A stretch of DNA of 64,000 nucleotides from Bifidobacteriaceae bacterium. Lineage in GTDB: Bacteria; Actinomycetota; Actinomycetes; Actinomycetales; WQXJ01. The notes under the pieces are model-generated. The model had not been told where the DNA came from. It saw only the letters and a list, made by a program, of their open reading frames with translations, and ran no database searches. Position numbers and translations under genes: made by a program. The stretch covers positions 4,514 through 68,513 of the forward strand of contig JAISXH010000041.1 in NCBI GenBank assembly GCA_031270825.1. Reading direction: 5' to 3'. Below are positions 45,561-55,821 of this stretch, piece after piece; the first letter of the stretch is position 1, and each line of letters begins with the position of its first letter.

Positions 45561-46426
45561 GCGCGCGGACCGAGATGCGCCGGCGCCCGGCGCGGAATCT
45601 GTTGGCTGGGGCGGCGGCGCTGGTTCTGGCTTTGGTTGGGCTGACTTTGGCGACGGCATCGGCCAGTTTCGCCGCCGATGCCGACCAGTCCGGCAACCCC
45701 CTGCCTCACCTCGCCGACCACGCCGGTCTGCTGACGGACGCGCAAGCGGCGGACCTGGAATCCGAACTCGACCGGATCAGCGACGAGCGCGGCGTCGACG
45801 TGGTCGTTGTGACCGTGCCCACGCTGGGGTTCAGGACCGCCACCGAATTCGCCGACGACTATTTCGACTACGGACCTGACCCACTCGACCCGACGATTCC
45901 GGGAAGCGATCCCGACGCGGGCTACGGCCGCGGTCCGGATCGGTCGGGAATCCTTTTCCTGGTCTCGACCGAAGGGCGCGACGGCGCCTTCTCGACCACC
46001 GGCGAAACGATCAAGGTCTACACCGACGAACGCCTCGAAGGCCTGCAGCAGGACGTGGCCGGCTATCTGCACCAGGACGACTGGAACGGCGCCTTCCAAG
46101 CGTTCGCCATCAACGTCGACCGGACCTACCACAACGCCACCCGATTCCGCTGGGAAATCGTCGCGCTGGTCACCCTGGGCGCTGCCCTGATCGGCGGATT
46201 CGGACCGGTGACAGTCTGGCGACGGCAGCTGAAGAGCGTCCGGCCGGCAGCCAACGCGCGCGACTACTTGGAAACCTCGTCGCTCGTCCTGACCAGCCAG
46301 AACGAGGTTCTGGTCAGCCAAAACACGGTTGTGGTGAGCACCCAGACCTCCAGCGGGGGCGGGGGGTCTTCGACCCACTTCGGCTCCTCGGGCAGATCGC
46401 ACGGCGGTTCGTCGTTCAAGTTCTGA
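45557..46426 (+). CDS. TPM-domain (YgcG-like) membrane protein
   Basis: Signal/TM then HLADHAGLLTDAQAADLESELDRISDERGVDVVVVTV (TPM phosphatase-like). A second TM and a Gly/Ser-rich tail follow. The GTG overlaps the upstream stop (GTGA). Confidence 0.8.
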   Translation: MSARTEMRRRPARNLLAGAAALVLALVGLTLATASASFAADADQSGNPLPHLADHAGLLTDAQAADLESELDRISDERGVDVVVVTVPTLGFRTATEFADDYFDYGPDPLDPTIPGSDPDAGYGRGPDRSGILFLVSTEGRDGAFSTTGETIKVYTDERLEGLQQDVAGYLHQDDWNGAFQAFAINVDRTYHNATRFRWEIVALVTLGAALIGGFGPVTVWRRQLKSVRPAANARDYLETSSLVLTSQNEVLVSQNTVVVSTQTSSGGGGSSTHFGSSGRSHGGSSFKF

Positions 46427-46471
46427 CCCAGAGCTGACACTCCGGTTCGGCCCACAGGCCGCTGCCGCAGG

Positions 46472-47014
46472 TCAGGCGGTCGCGGAGTCGACTTCCAAAG
46501 CACAGGCGCCGATCGGCGGCGCCGAGGTCTGGGCGCTCCGGGCCCGCCGCGCGCGCCGGTAACGGGTCCAGGCCACGATGCTCAGGACGGTGACGATGAC
46601 GGTTTGGACGATCGCGGCGGCCAGGACCGGGGAGGACTGCGCCACCTGGGCCAGACCGGCGAAGACCGCCAGGCCGCCGGCGGCGTAGACGCTGCCCCAC
46701 ATCAACCAGCCGGGGATGGCGGCCAGGGTGTAACGCCACCAACGCCAGCCGATCACTCCGGCGGACAGGTTGACAGCGGTCTGGAAGCCGACCGTCAAGA
46801 AGCTGATCGGGATGACCGGCCAGCCGAAACGCTCCAGTTTGTCCCGCGCCCGCTCGGCGCCCTCGCTGGTCATCCGCTTGGCCCAGGCGGCCCGGACCAA
46901 CCCGGAGCGCACGGCCCGCCCCAGCCAATAGGTGCATTGCGAGCGGACGCAAGCCACTGCGGTCAGGAAGATGAAGGCGACAGCGAAAGGCTTCTCCAGA
47001 ATCCAATCGACCAC
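46472..47014 (-). CDS. DedA/VTT-family membrane protein
   Basis: 180 aa with 4-5 TM helices and the RFGWPVIPISFLTVGFQTAVNLSAG re-entrant motif region. Confidence 0.75.
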   Translation of the reverse strand: MVDWILEKPFAVAFIFLTAVACVRSQCTYWLGRAVRSGLVRAAWAKRMTSEGAERARDKLERFGWPVIPISFLTVGFQTAVNLSAGVIGWRWWRYTLAAIPGWLMWGSVYAAGGLAVFAGLAQVAQSSPVLAAAIVQTVIVTVLSIVAWTRYRRARRARSAQTSAPPIGACALEVDSATA

Positions 47015-47073
47015 GGCCTCACCCTACCCGACCCGGCCAGGCGGCCCCAAGCTCCCGGCGGCGCCGCCGCCAG

Positions 47074-48552
47074 TCAGCGCCGGCGCTTCTCCCGCACCCG
47101 GATTGAGATCTGGATCGGCGTTCCGGTGAAGTCGAACGACTCCCGCAGCGACCGCTCGATGAAACGCCGGTAGGGGGCCTCCAAGAAGCCGGAGGCGAAG
47201 ATCACGAAGCGCGGCGGGCGGGTCGAGGCCTGGGTGGCGAACAAAATGCGGGGCTGTTTGCCAGATCGCAGCGGATGCGGCCGCGCCGCCACCAATTGGC
47301 CCAGAAAAGAGTTCAGCCGCCCGGTCGAGATCCGCCGGCCCCAGCCGGCCAAGGCCAGATCCAATGCCCCCACCAGCCGGTCCACCCGCCGGCCAGTCAA
47401 GGCCGAGAGGTTCACCCGGGGGGCCCAAGACCACGGCGCCAGGTCCTGTTCGACTGATCGCTCGAGGTAGAACCGGCGTTCCGGGTCCATCAGGTCCCAC
47501 TTGTTCAACCCGATCACCAAAGCCCGCCCCGCATCTGATGCCAGCTGCAGAATGCGCACGTCCTGTTCGGCCAGCTCCTGAGAAGAATCGATCAGCGCCA
47601 CCGCCACCTCGCTGCGTTCGATGGCCGCCTGGGTGCGCAGCGAAGCATAGAAATCGGCCCCTTGCGTGCGCGCGATCCGCCGCCGGATGCCGGCCGTGTC
47701 GACAAACCGCCAATCGCGGCCGTCCAAGCGGATCAGTTCGTCGACCGGGTCCCGGGTGGTGCCCGCCACCGCGTCCACCACCGCTCGTTCGGTCCCGACC
47801 AACTTGTTCAGCAGCGAGGACTTGCCGACATTGGGCCGCCCGATCAGCGCCACCCGGCGCACCCCCGGCGGGTCGGTCAGCGTTCCGGGAGAGCCGCCCC
47901 GTGACCGCAGCCCGGCCACGGCGGCATCGAGCAAGTCGCCGACTCCCCGGCCGTGCAACGCCGAGACCGGATACGGCTCCCCCAACCCGAGCGACCACAA
48001 GGCCGTGGCGTCCGCCTCCGCGCGGGCGCTGTCGACCTTGTTGGCGGCCAGCACAGTCGGCTTGCCCGCCCTTCTCAACACCCGGACCAGCGCCTCATCC
48101 GTGTCAGTCACACCGACCGAGGCGTCGACCACCAGCACGGCGGCGTCCGCCAAGTCGATGGCCAGCTCAGCCTGTTCGGCCACGCGCGCGGTCAGGCCGG
48201 ACACGTCCACCTCCCAGCCGCCCGTGTCGACCACCGTGAACTGCGCGCCAGCCCAATCGGCCGGATAGGACACCCGGTCGCGGGTCACGCCCGGCTGGTC
48301 CTGCACCACCGCTTCGCGCCGCCCCAGAATGCGGTTGACCAGGGTCGATTTGCCGACATTGGGACGGCCGACAATGGCCAGGGTCCCGGCCGAGGCGACT
48401 GGGCCGGTTCCAACCCGCTCGCCGGCGCCGTCCAACAACGCGCGGTCCTCCGGCTCCAGATCGTAGTCCTCCAGTGCCGAGCGCAGCGCCGCCGCCTTGG
48501 TGGCCTCGTCCGCCGGATCGCCCTGCTGGTCGACTGGTGAATCGCTGGTCAT
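47074..48552 (-). CDS. der: ribosome-associated GTPase Der/EngA
   Basis: Two G domains ([10 protein letters not shown] and [10 protein letters not shown]) plus a C-terminal KH-like domain. Confidence 0.95.
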   Translation of the reverse strand: MTSDSPVDQQGDPADEATKAAALRSALEDYDLEPEDRALLDGAGERVGTGPVASAGTLAIVGRPNVGKSTLVNRILGRREAVVQDQPGVTRDRVSYPADWAGAQFTVVDTGGWEVDVSGLTARVAEQAELAIDLADAAVLVVDASVGVTDTDEALVRVLRRAGKPTVLAANKVDSARAEADATALWSLGLGEPYPVSALHGRGVGDLLDAAVAGLRSRGGSPGTLTDPPGVRRVALIGRPNVGKSSLLNKLVGTERAVVDAVAGTTRDPVDELIRLDGRDWRFVDTAGIRRRIARTQGADFYASLRTQAAIERSEVAVALIDSSQELAEQDVRILQLASDAGRALVIGLNKWDLMDPERRFYLERSVEQDLAPWSWAPRVNLSALTGRRVDRLVGALDLALAGWGRRISTGRLNSFLGQLVAARPHPLRSGKQPRILFATQASTRPPRFVIFASGFLEAPYRRFIERSLRESFDFTGTPIQISIRVREKRRR

Positions 48553-49253
48553 TCTGGTTTCCTCCCCGAATCGGATGGCAACTCGATCCCGCTGGCCGCG
48601 ACCGCCGCGCCGACATAGGCCGCCAGACCGGCGCTGATTTGCTCCAAGGCGGAGGCGATCTGATCACGCCTGGGCGCTTCCCGATCACGATCCAACTCCA
48701 GGGCCGGTCCGAACGACACATACAGTTTGCGCCGGAAAGGAGGCACTCGAGAAGCGCTTTCGCCTTGGCGGCGCGTGCCCAGGCAAGCGAACGGGATCAC
48801 CGGCGCGTCCGAATTGACCGCCAGCCAGGCGACACCCGGATGAATGTGGCGCATCTTGCCGTCGCCGCGCGTCCCTTCCGGGAAAATGCCGACCAAAGAG
48901 CCGCGCTCCAGCAGCGCCAGACAGGTCCTGAGCGCCTCCCGACCATTGTCTTTGGCCAACGGCACCTGGCCGGCCGCCTTCAGAAACCACCCGCCCAGGC
49001 CTTGGCCGAGGGCCCATTTCATAATGAAGTGCACTTCCCTGGGGCAGGCGCCCAACACCACCGGCCCGTCCACCAGGCCGGTGTGGTTCCCGGCCAGAAT
49101 CGCCGGCCCGGACCGGGGCACATGCTCCCGTCCCACCACCTTGGTCGTCACGTAGATGTGCTCGGCCAGCACCATCAGGCATCGCGCCCAACCCGGCTGG
49201 CAGCGACCGGGTAGCCGCGACGGCGCCCGGCGGGGCTGGGCCGCCGCGCTCAT
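48549..49253 (-). CDS. plsC: 1-acyl-sn-glycerol-3-phosphate acyltransferase
   Basis: HX4D motif NHTGLVD and FPEGTR. Confidence 0.8.
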   Translation of the reverse strand: MSAAAQPRRAPSRLPGRCQPGWARCLMVLAEHIYVTTKVVGREHVPRSGPAILAGNHTGLVDGPVVLGACPREVHFIMKWALGQGLGGWFLKAAGQVPLAKDNGREALRTCLALLERGSLVGIFPEGTRGDGKMRHIHPGVAWLAVNSDAPVIPFACLGTRRQGESASRVPPFRRKLYVSFGPALELDRDREAPRRDQIASALEQISAGLAAYVGAAVAASGIELPSDSGRKPE

Positions 49254-49975
49254 GACAATCCGCCTTGGCGCCTTGGCGCCTGGGACGGCGCCCGCCGCCC
49301 AGGCGATTCGCCGTCGACCTGGGCGGCCAACTCCAGGACTGCGGCCACAGTTTGCTCGGCTGTCAAATCGGACGAGTCGATCAGGGTCACGCCGGGCGGG
49401 GCCTCGGTGAACTGAGCCACTGTCGCGTCTTCGCGGTCGCGGCCGGAAATCTCCGCGCGGGTGGCGGCGATCGCGGCCGAGCCCGCCTGGCCATGCTGGT
49501 CTAAGGCGCGCCGACGCAACCGGGTCGCCTCTGCGGCGGTGATCAGGAGGCGGACGTCGGCATCGGGCGCGACAACGGTGTTGATATCACGACCCTCAAG
49601 GACGATCCCCGGATGCCGGTTCGCCTCGACAATGGCCCGCTGCCAGGCCACCAACACCTGGCGGACCGGTATCACCGTCGACAGCTTCGAGACGTAGCCG
49701 CTCACGGCGGGCGTCCGGATCAGCGCCGTCACATCCTCGTCAGCCAGGTAGACACTCTGGTCGCAAGGGTCGAGCGGGACGCTCAGCGGCATTGCCTGGA
49801 CCAGGGCGGGCAGCTTGTCCGGTTGGTCCAGCAATTGCGCCCGCCGCGCCCACAACGCCGCCGCCCGGTACATGGCCCCGGTGTCGAGGTAGGCCAAACC
49901 GAGTTCCTTGGCGACGGCGCGGGCGACCGTCGACTTGCCGGAACCAGACGGCCCGTCGATCGCGATGACCGTCAC
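49250..49975 (-). CDS. cmk: cytidylate kinase
   Basis: IAIDGPSGSGKST P-loop and conserved position upstream of der. Confidence 0.9.
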   Translation of the reverse strand: MTVIAIDGPSGSGKSTVARAVAKELGLAYLDTGAMYRAAALWARRAQLLDQPDKLPALVQAMPLSVPLDPCDQSVYLADEDVTALIRTPAVSGYVSKLSTVIPVRQVLVAWQRAIVEANRHPGIVLEGRDINTVVAPDADVRLLITAAEATRLRRRALDQHGQAGSAAIAATRAEISGRDREDATVAQFTEAPPGVTLIDSSDLTAEQTVAAVLELAAQVDGESPGRRAPSQAPRRQGGLS

Positions 49976-51189
49976 TCGACAATCCTCCAGCCCTGTTCGC
50001 GCAGATTGGCCGACAGGGCCTGGCCGGCCCCCTCCGGCACCGAGATCTCCGCCAAGCCGACCAATTGCCCGGCGCCGTGCTCGAGCGCCAAGTCCTCCAG
50101 GTTGACGCCCAACCGGCCCATCTCCTGGAACAGGCGGCCCATTTCGCCGGGCCGGTCTGGCACCATGACCGTGACCCGGTCAAAGCGGCGCCTGGCGCCG
50201 CCGTGTTTGCCGGGAATCCTCTGCGCGCCGGCGGCGCCGGCGGCCACCAATTGGGCCAGTTCGACCAGAGCCCGGCCGCGACCGTCCGTTTGCGCGCCCG
50301 CCTCGAGGGCCGTGATCGCCTGGTCCAGGTCCTCGCGCACGCGGCGCAGCGCCGTCGCCACCGCCGCCGCGTTGCCGGCCAGAATGGTGGACCACAGGCT
50401 CGGGTCGGAAACGGCGATCCGCGTCATGTCCCTGAGCCCCTGCCCGGCCAGGTCAAGGGCGCCGGGCTCGGCTTCGACCAGGCGCTTGGCCGTCAAACTC
50501 GACATCACCTGGGGCAGATGCGAGACCAGCGCCACCGCCTGATCGTGGGCGGCGGCGTTCAGATAGGCGGGATGGGCGCCCAGGTCGCCAGCGAGTTCCC
50601 GGACCCGCAAGACCGCCTCTGGACGGGCGCCCGGCGCGGGCGCGATCACCCATGGGCGGCCCACGAACAAGTCCCCGGTGGCGGCCGCCGGTCCGCTCTT
50701 CTCCCGACCTGCCATTGGGTGCGAGCCCACGTATCGGCTTGTGTCAGCGCCCAGGTCCCCGACTTCTTCGAGAATGATCGCCTTGACCGAGGCGAGGTCC
50801 GTGACAACGGCGTTCCCGAATCGTTCGAGCTGGGCGGCCACCACCGCCGCGGTCACATCCGGCGGCGCCGCCACCACCACCAACTGCGGTTCCGGATCAT
50901 CGCTGCGCCGGATCCGGCCGGCGCCGATTTGCGTCGCCACGGTTTGGGCGGTCGGCGAAGGGTCTTCCAAGGTGACGACGATGCCGTGCGCCGTCAGTCC
51001 CAGCCCCACCGACGCGCCCATCAGGCCGGCGCCAACGATGTGCACGGGACCGCGGGTGGCGGCCGAAACCAGGCTGGCGGCATCGGGCGCTGCCAAGGCG
51101 TGGGGACCCGCCGAGGCGTTGGGCGCTGTCGAGGCGTGGGGCGTCCTTGAGGCCTCCGCCGCGCTGCCGACCGGGCCGTCAGACGTCAT
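49972..51189 (-). CDS. tyrA: prephenate dehydrogenase with a C-terminal ACT-like domain
   Basis: Rossmann motif IVGAGLMGASVG, HPMAG, and C-terminal VMVPDRPGEMGRLF. Confidence 0.85.
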   Translation of the reverse strand: MTSDGPVGSAAEASRTPHASTAPNASAGPHALAAPDAASLVSAATRGPVHIVGAGLMGASVGLGLTAHGIVVTLEDPSPTAQTVATQIGAGRIRRSDDPEPQLVVVAAPPDVTAAVVAAQLERFGNAVVTDLASVKAIILEEVGDLGADTSRYVGSHPMAGREKSGPAAATGDLFVGRPWVIAPAPGARPEAVLRVRELAGDLGAHPAYLNAAAHDQAVALVSHLPQVMSSLTAKRLVEAEPGALDLAGQGLRDMTRIAVSDPSLWSTILAGNAAAVATALRRVREDLDQAITALEAGAQTDGRGRALVELAQLVAAGAAGAQRIPGKHGGARRRFDRVTVMVPDRPGEMGRLFQEMGRLGVNLEDLALEHGAGQLVGLAEISVPEGAGQALSANLREQGWRIVE

Positions 51190-52085
51190 AGCCCGGCCGC
51201 TTTCTTCAACGAAGCCAATTCAGTGGCGCCAAGGACGCGCCAACGACCTGACTTGAGGTCGCCCAGGGCGATCGGGCCGATCCGGACCCGCGCCAGTCCG
51301 GTGACCGGATGCCCCACCGCCGCCAAGAGGCGGCGGACCACTCGGTTGCGGCCGGAATGAAGGGTCAACTCGACTTGCGTGTAGCCGGGAATGGCGTCAA
51401 CCACGCGGAAAGAGTCGACGGCGGCGGGGCCGTCTTCGAGTTCGATCCCTTGGCGCAGCCGCTTGCCCACCCCGGGGCCGACGCGGCCTTCGACCGTGGC
51501 GAGGTAGGTCTTGGGCACCTCATGGGAAGGGTGGGACAGAGCGTTGGCTAAGGCCCCGTCGTTGGTCAACAGAATCAGGCCTTCGGAATCGCGGTCCAGC
51601 CGCCCGACGTGGAACAACCGCTCCGTCCTGGATTCGACCAGGCCAGCCAGGGTGGGGCGGTCTTGTGGGTCGTCCATGGTCGACACCACCCCCGGCGGCT
51701 TGTTGAGAGCCAGGGTCAGCTTTCCCGGATCGGTCTCGATCGGCATCCCGTCGACCTCGACCCGTCGTCGGGTGGGATCCACTTTGAGGCCCAATTCCCG
51801 CACCCGCACGCCGTCCACGCGAACCCGTCCGGCCATGATCATGTCTTCGGCGGCGCGGCGGGAGGCCAGGCCGGCTTCGGCCAGGATCTTCTGGAGCCGG
51901 ACTCCGTCTTCGTCATACGGCGGCGCGGCCGGCCGGCCCCGGCCCTTTCTGTCACGACCGTCGCGACCGTCGCGACCATTGCGGCCGGCGGCGGTCCCGC
52001 GGCGCTGGGACCGGTTGGCCTGGCCGCCATCGCGGTGAGGTTGGTCACGGCCAGCTTGGCCGCCTCGCGGCCGCGATGGAGTCAT
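51186..52085 (-). CDS. rluB: 23S rRNA pseudouridine synthase (RluB-like) with an Arg/Gly-rich N-terminus
   Basis: S4 domain (RLQKILAEAGLASRRAAE) and catalytic HVGRLDRDSEGL. Confidence 0.85.
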   Translation of the reverse strand: MTPSRPRGGQAGRDQPHRDGGQANRSQRRGTAAGRNGRDGRDGRDRKGRGRPAAPPYDEDGVRLQKILAEAGLASRRAAEDMIMAGRVRVDGVRVRELGLKVDPTRRRVEVDGMPIETDPGKLTLALNKPPGVVSTMDDPQDRPTLAGLVESRTERLFHVGRLDRDSEGLILLTNDGALANALSHPSHEVPKTYLATVEGRVGPGVGKRLRQGIELEDGPAAVDSFRVVDAIPGYTQVELTLHSGRNRVVRRLLAAVGHPVTGLARVRIGPIALGDLKSGRWRVLGATELASLKKAAGL

Positions 52086-52347
52086 ACTGCGGTCTCTCCT
52101 GATTCGATGGGATCGCCACCCCGCCCAGGGGTGGCCAAAACTGGCGTGCAGCCGCTGTTGGTCTGACGGCGCAGCTTAACAGGCTAGCCCACTTGAGCAT
52201 GACCCGGGCGGAGGTGGCCACCCGAACAGGCCCTGCCAACCAGACGGTTTCGCGGGCAAACAATCATGAGGCACGGGCGCCATTACCGCGGGCGCTTTGC
52301 TTGGACGCGCATCGGGGGGTCCTGCCTCCTAGGGGCGGGGGGCGCCA

Positions 52348-52926
52348 TCACAGCGCCTGCGGGGATTCTTCGACCTGCTCCTTGATCTCCTCCAACGCCT
52401 GGCCGGTCGGCAAGTGCGGCGTGAGCGGTTCGAGCTCACCCAGCGAGGCGATGCCCATGCGCTCCAGGAACAGGTCCGTGGTTCCATACAGGGCGGCGCC
52501 GGAAGACTCCTCGACGCCGACTTCCTCGATCAGGCCGTGGCCGGTGAGGGTGCGGACAACCGAATCGACGCTGACGCCGCGAACGGCCGAGATCCGCCCC
52601 CGGGTGATCGGCCCCTTGTAGGCGATGATGGCCAAAGTTTCCAGCGCCGCCTGGGTGAGTTTGGCGGTGGCGCCGTCACGGATGAATCGCTCCACCACGC
52701 CGGCGTGGTCCGGGTGGGAGTAAATCCGCCAGCCGCCACCGATTTCCCGCAGTTCGAAACCGCGTGGCACGGCCCCGCCGGCGCCGCGGTATTCGGCGGC
52801 CAATTGCTCGAGCAGACGGCGTGCCTCCGGAACCGGCATTCCGACCGCCAGCGCCAGGTCAGTCGTGGCGGCTGGCCGGTCCACCACCATCAGCACGGCC
52901 TCCAGCGCGGCCCGCTTGTCAGTCAT
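52348..52926 (-). CDS. scpB: segregation and condensation protein B
   Basis: ATG at 52926 (MTDKRAALEAVLMVVDRP) overlaps the scpA stop (ATGA). wHTH repeats ...ITRGRISAVRGV. Confidence 0.85.
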   Translation of the reverse strand: MTDKRAALEAVLMVVDRPAATTDLALAVGMPVPEARRLLEQLAAEYRGAGGAVPRGFELREIGGGWRIYSHPDHAGVVERFIRDGATAKLTQAALETLAIIAYKGPITRGRISAVRGVSVDSVVRTLTGHGLIEEVGVEESSGAALYGTTDLFLERMGIASLGELEPLTPHLPTGQALEEIKEQVEESPQAL

Positions 52927-53765
52927 GCGAACTCCTCCGAGATCTCGACTTCGACACTCGCGCCGGTCCAAATGATCGCCAAATCGCCGAGCGCCTCCGG
53001 CTGCTCGAAGGCGACCTGGCCGGCGCGGAACATTTCTAGCAGCGCTAAGAACCGCGCCACGATCACGCTCAGGGACCCCTCCGCGTCAGCCATCAGGGTC
53101 CGGAAGGTCGTGGCGCCGGCTGCCGCCAGACGCTCCGCGATCACCCTGGCCTGGGCGCCCACGGAGACGGGCGCGGGATGGAGATGGTCCAGAGGCACGG
53201 TCGGCGCCGCCGGCGGCCGACTCAGCGCCGCCGCCGCCACCGCTGCCAACTGGGCTGGCCCAATGGACCAAAGCAAGTCCGGCAGCAGGCGCGAGAATTG
53301 CGGCTCCAAGGCCGTTATCCGAGGCCGGTGGCGGGCTTGCTCAAGTAGGCGGGCGCCGATCCCAGCCGCGATTTCCTTAAAGGCGCGGTATTCCAATAGC
53401 CGTGCGAACAGCAGGTCTCGCGCCTCCAGCAGTTCGAGGTCTTCCGAGTCGGCCAGGCCGCCGGGCAGCAGCGAAGCCGCTTTCAGATCCAGCAGCACGG
53501 CCGCCACCACCAGGAACTCAGAGGCCTGCGACAGCGGCCAAACCTCCTGGCAGGCCTCGGCATATGCGATGAACTCGTCCGTCACCTCGGCCAGCGCGAT
53601 TTCAGTGATGTTCAGCTGGTGTTTGGTGATTAGGGACACCAGCAGATCGAACGGCCCCTCGAAGTTGTCCAGCCTGACCGCGAAAGCCTTGTCCGATGCC
53701 GTCTCCAGACCAGGTGCGCCGGCTTCGGTTTGGGCCGGGGGGCTGACGGCGGACGCAGACGGCAT
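52923..53765 (-). CDS. scpA: segregation and condensation protein A (kleisin)
   Basis: ATG at 53765, with FAVRLDNFEGPFDLLVSLI typical of the ScpA N-terminus. The longer track ORF upstream is Arg-rich and overlaps parA. Confidence 0.85.
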   Translation of the reverse strand: MPSASAVSPPAQTEAGAPGLETASDKAFAVRLDNFEGPFDLLVSLITKHQLNITEIALAEVTDEFIAYAEACQEVWPLSQASEFLVVAAVLLDLKAASLLPGGLADSEDLELLEARDLLFARLLEYRAFKEIAAGIGARLLEQARHRPRITALEPQFSRLLPDLLWSIGPAQLAAVAAAALSRPPAAPTVPLDHLHPAPVSVGAQARVIAERLAAAGATTFRTLMADAEGSLSVIVARFLALLEMFRAGQVAFEQPEALGDLAIIWTGASVEVEISEEFA

Positions 53766-53770
53766 AGGGC

Positions 53771-54607
53771 TTAGGCGGCGTCGCCGCGGGCGATCAGTTC
53801 GCGGGCGAGGCGCCGGTAGGACAACGCCCCGGGATGATCCGGAGCGAAGGTCAGGATCGGTTCGGCCGCCACCGACGAGTCGGGGAACTTGACCGTACGG
53901 GAGATCACCGTGTCGAAAACTTGCGACCCGAACGCTTCGTGGACACGCGCTAAGACCTCGCGGGAATGCAGGGTTCGCAAATCGACCATGGTCGCCAGGA
54001 TGCCGTCGATCTTGAGGCGCGGGTTGAGCCGGTCGGCGACTTTGGCGATGGTCTCGACCAGGAGGGCCACTCCCCTGAGGGCGAAGTACTCGGTCTCCAA
54101 GGGGATGATGACGCCGTGGGAGGCGGTCAGCGCGTTCACTGTCAGCAGCCCTAGGGACGGCTGGCAGTCGATCAACACGACATCGTAGGTGTCCAGAACG
54201 GGCCGCAGCATCCTCGCCAAGGCGGTCTCCCGCGCCACCTCGCCAACCAGTTGGACCTCGGCGGCGCTCAAGTCTATGTTCGCCGGCGCCACGTCCAACT
54301 CCGGCACCGCGCTCGGCGTGATGATGTCGCCCACCGCCACCGCCTGGCTCATCAGCGCGTCGTAAACGGTCGGCTGGTCTTCCCTGGCGGCCACCCCCAA
54401 CGCCACCGACGCGGCGCCTTGGGGATCGAAGTCCACGATCAAGACTTTGCGTCCGTATTCGGCCAGGGCGGCGCCCAGGTTGATCGAGGTGGTGGTCTTG
54501 CCGACGCCGCCCTTCTGGTTGCACAGCGCGATCACTCGGGCCGGGCCGTGGCCTTGCAGGTCCGCCGGCTCGGGGAAGTCCTTGAGGCTGTCAGCAGGCT
54601 TGGTCAC
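53771..54607 (-). CDS. ParA/Soj-family ATPase
   Basis: Deviant Walker A NQKGGVGKTT. Its position upstream of scpA/scpB matches mycobacterial Rv1708. Confidence 0.9.
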   Translation of the reverse strand: MTKPADSLKDFPEPADLQGHGPARVIALCNQKGGVGKTTTSINLGAALAEYGRKVLIVDFDPQGAASVALGVAAREDQPTVYDALMSQAVAVGDIITPSAVPELDVAPANIDLSAAEVQLVGEVARETALARMLRPVLDTYDVVLIDCQPSLGLLTVNALTASHGVIIPLETEYFALRGVALLVETIAKVADRLNPRLKIDGILATMVDLRTLHSREVLARVHEAFGSQVFDTVISRTVKFPDSSVAAEPILTFAPDHPGALSYRRLARELIARGDAA

Positions 54608-54616
54608 CCGCCAATG

Positions 54617-55747
54617 TTATCTGCCAACACCCTCGTCGCTGATGGCGGCGCGCGGCGGCGCCGCCCGTGTTGACCGCCTGGGCGCGCGGGCCCGGCTGAC
54701 GCCGAACAGAAAGCCTGCCCCCCAGGACAGATGGATCACCATGATCGCCCACCACATCCGAACTCTGCCGCCCAGCCGCAGACCTGAGGCCACCGCCGCC
54801 ACTCCCAGCGCCATGGCGACCGCGTAGATCAATGGGACCGCCGCCAATCCCCACAGCCAGGGCGAGGCCAGCAGGCCTCCGGCGACGGCCGCGGCGCCGG
54901 ACAACAACAGAGCGGCGACCAGGATCGGCGGGATCACATATCGCAAAGTGGATGTGTCCGGGTGCGCGAAGATGACTTTGCGTCGCCAAGCGCCGGCGCG
55001 GAACATCACGCGGGCCAGTTCCGCCGTCGATCCGGGCGCACGGCCCCGCAGAGCCAGCCCCGGGTCCAGCCACACCATGCCACCCGCCCGCCGCACCCGG
55101 TGCTGCAGCTCCCAGTCTTGAGCCCCGGCGAACGCTTCGACCAGGCCGCCGACCCGTTCGAAAGCCTGGCGGCGGATCGCCACCATGCGGACCGAATCAA
55201 CCGGGCCTTTGCCAACTCCGGGCCGCGCCGGTCGGGGCCCGACGCCCAAAGAAGAGTTCAAGGCCCGCGAGATCGCCTGTTCGGCCGAGCCCAGGCCGAA
55301 GGCCACCGAGCTGCCGCCGACCACATCCGCGCCGGTCACCTCCATCGAGGCGACTGCTTGCTTGAGAAGTTCGGTCCAGTGGCCGGCGCCGCGCCGGACC
55401 AATGACAAGATCGGGTACTGGGCCGCGAAGGCGGCCGCGTTGACCAGAGCCGCCTTAGAGGAATTCTTGGACTGGACAACCGTCACTCGGGGATCGCCGG
55501 CGACCTCCGCCAACTGATCCGCCAGCGCCGGGTCGCTGGCCCGGCCGGGCGCGGCCAACAGGATTTCGAAATCTCCGGGGTAAGGGTCGGCCAGCAACTC
55601 GGCCACCACCCGCCGGGCGTGATCATGGTCGACTGCGGGCACAATGATGGAAACAGCCGGCCACCTTGGCGGTTCCCGGTCGGCTCCGCCCGGCCGTGCG
55701 GCCGGGCGTCCTGCTTCCGGTTCTCCCCCGTCGCCCTTGGTAGCCAC
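54617..55747 (-). CDS. family-2 glycosyltransferase with C-terminal TM helices
   Basis: VSIIVPAVDH start of a GT-A fold and a later region of 3-4 TM helices. The family call is by eye. Confidence 0.65.
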   Translation of the reverse strand: MATKGDGGEPEAGRPAARPGGADREPPRWPAVSIIVPAVDHDHARRVVAELLADPYPGDFEILLAAPGRASDPALADQLAEVAGDPRVTVVQSKNSSKAALVNAAAFAAQYPILSLVRRGAGHWTELLKQAVASMEVTGADVVGGSSVAFGLGSAEQAISRALNSSLGVGPRPARPGVGKGPVDSVRMVAIRRQAFERVGGLVEAFAGAQDWELQHRVRRAGGMVWLDPGLALRGRAPGSTAELARVMFRAGAWRRKVIFAHPDTSTLRYVIPPILVAALLLSGAAAVAGGLLASPWLWGLAAVPLIYAVAMALGVAAVASGLRLGGRVRMWWAIMVIHLSWGAGFLFGVSRARAPRRSTRAAPPRAAISDEGVGR

Positions 55748-55821
55748 CGGACAATCTTAGGAGATCGCGCCCCTCTCGGCGCCACCAGGCTCGGCCAACC
55801 GGTGAGGCAGCCGGCGAGGCA

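Noticed and set aside
53766-54524. Upstream 253 codons of the long track ORF 52923..54524 as part of scpA
   Set aside because: The extension is Arg/Gly/Pro-rich and fully overlaps the well-supported parA-like gene in another frame. The ScpA N-terminal motif follows the ATG at 53765.
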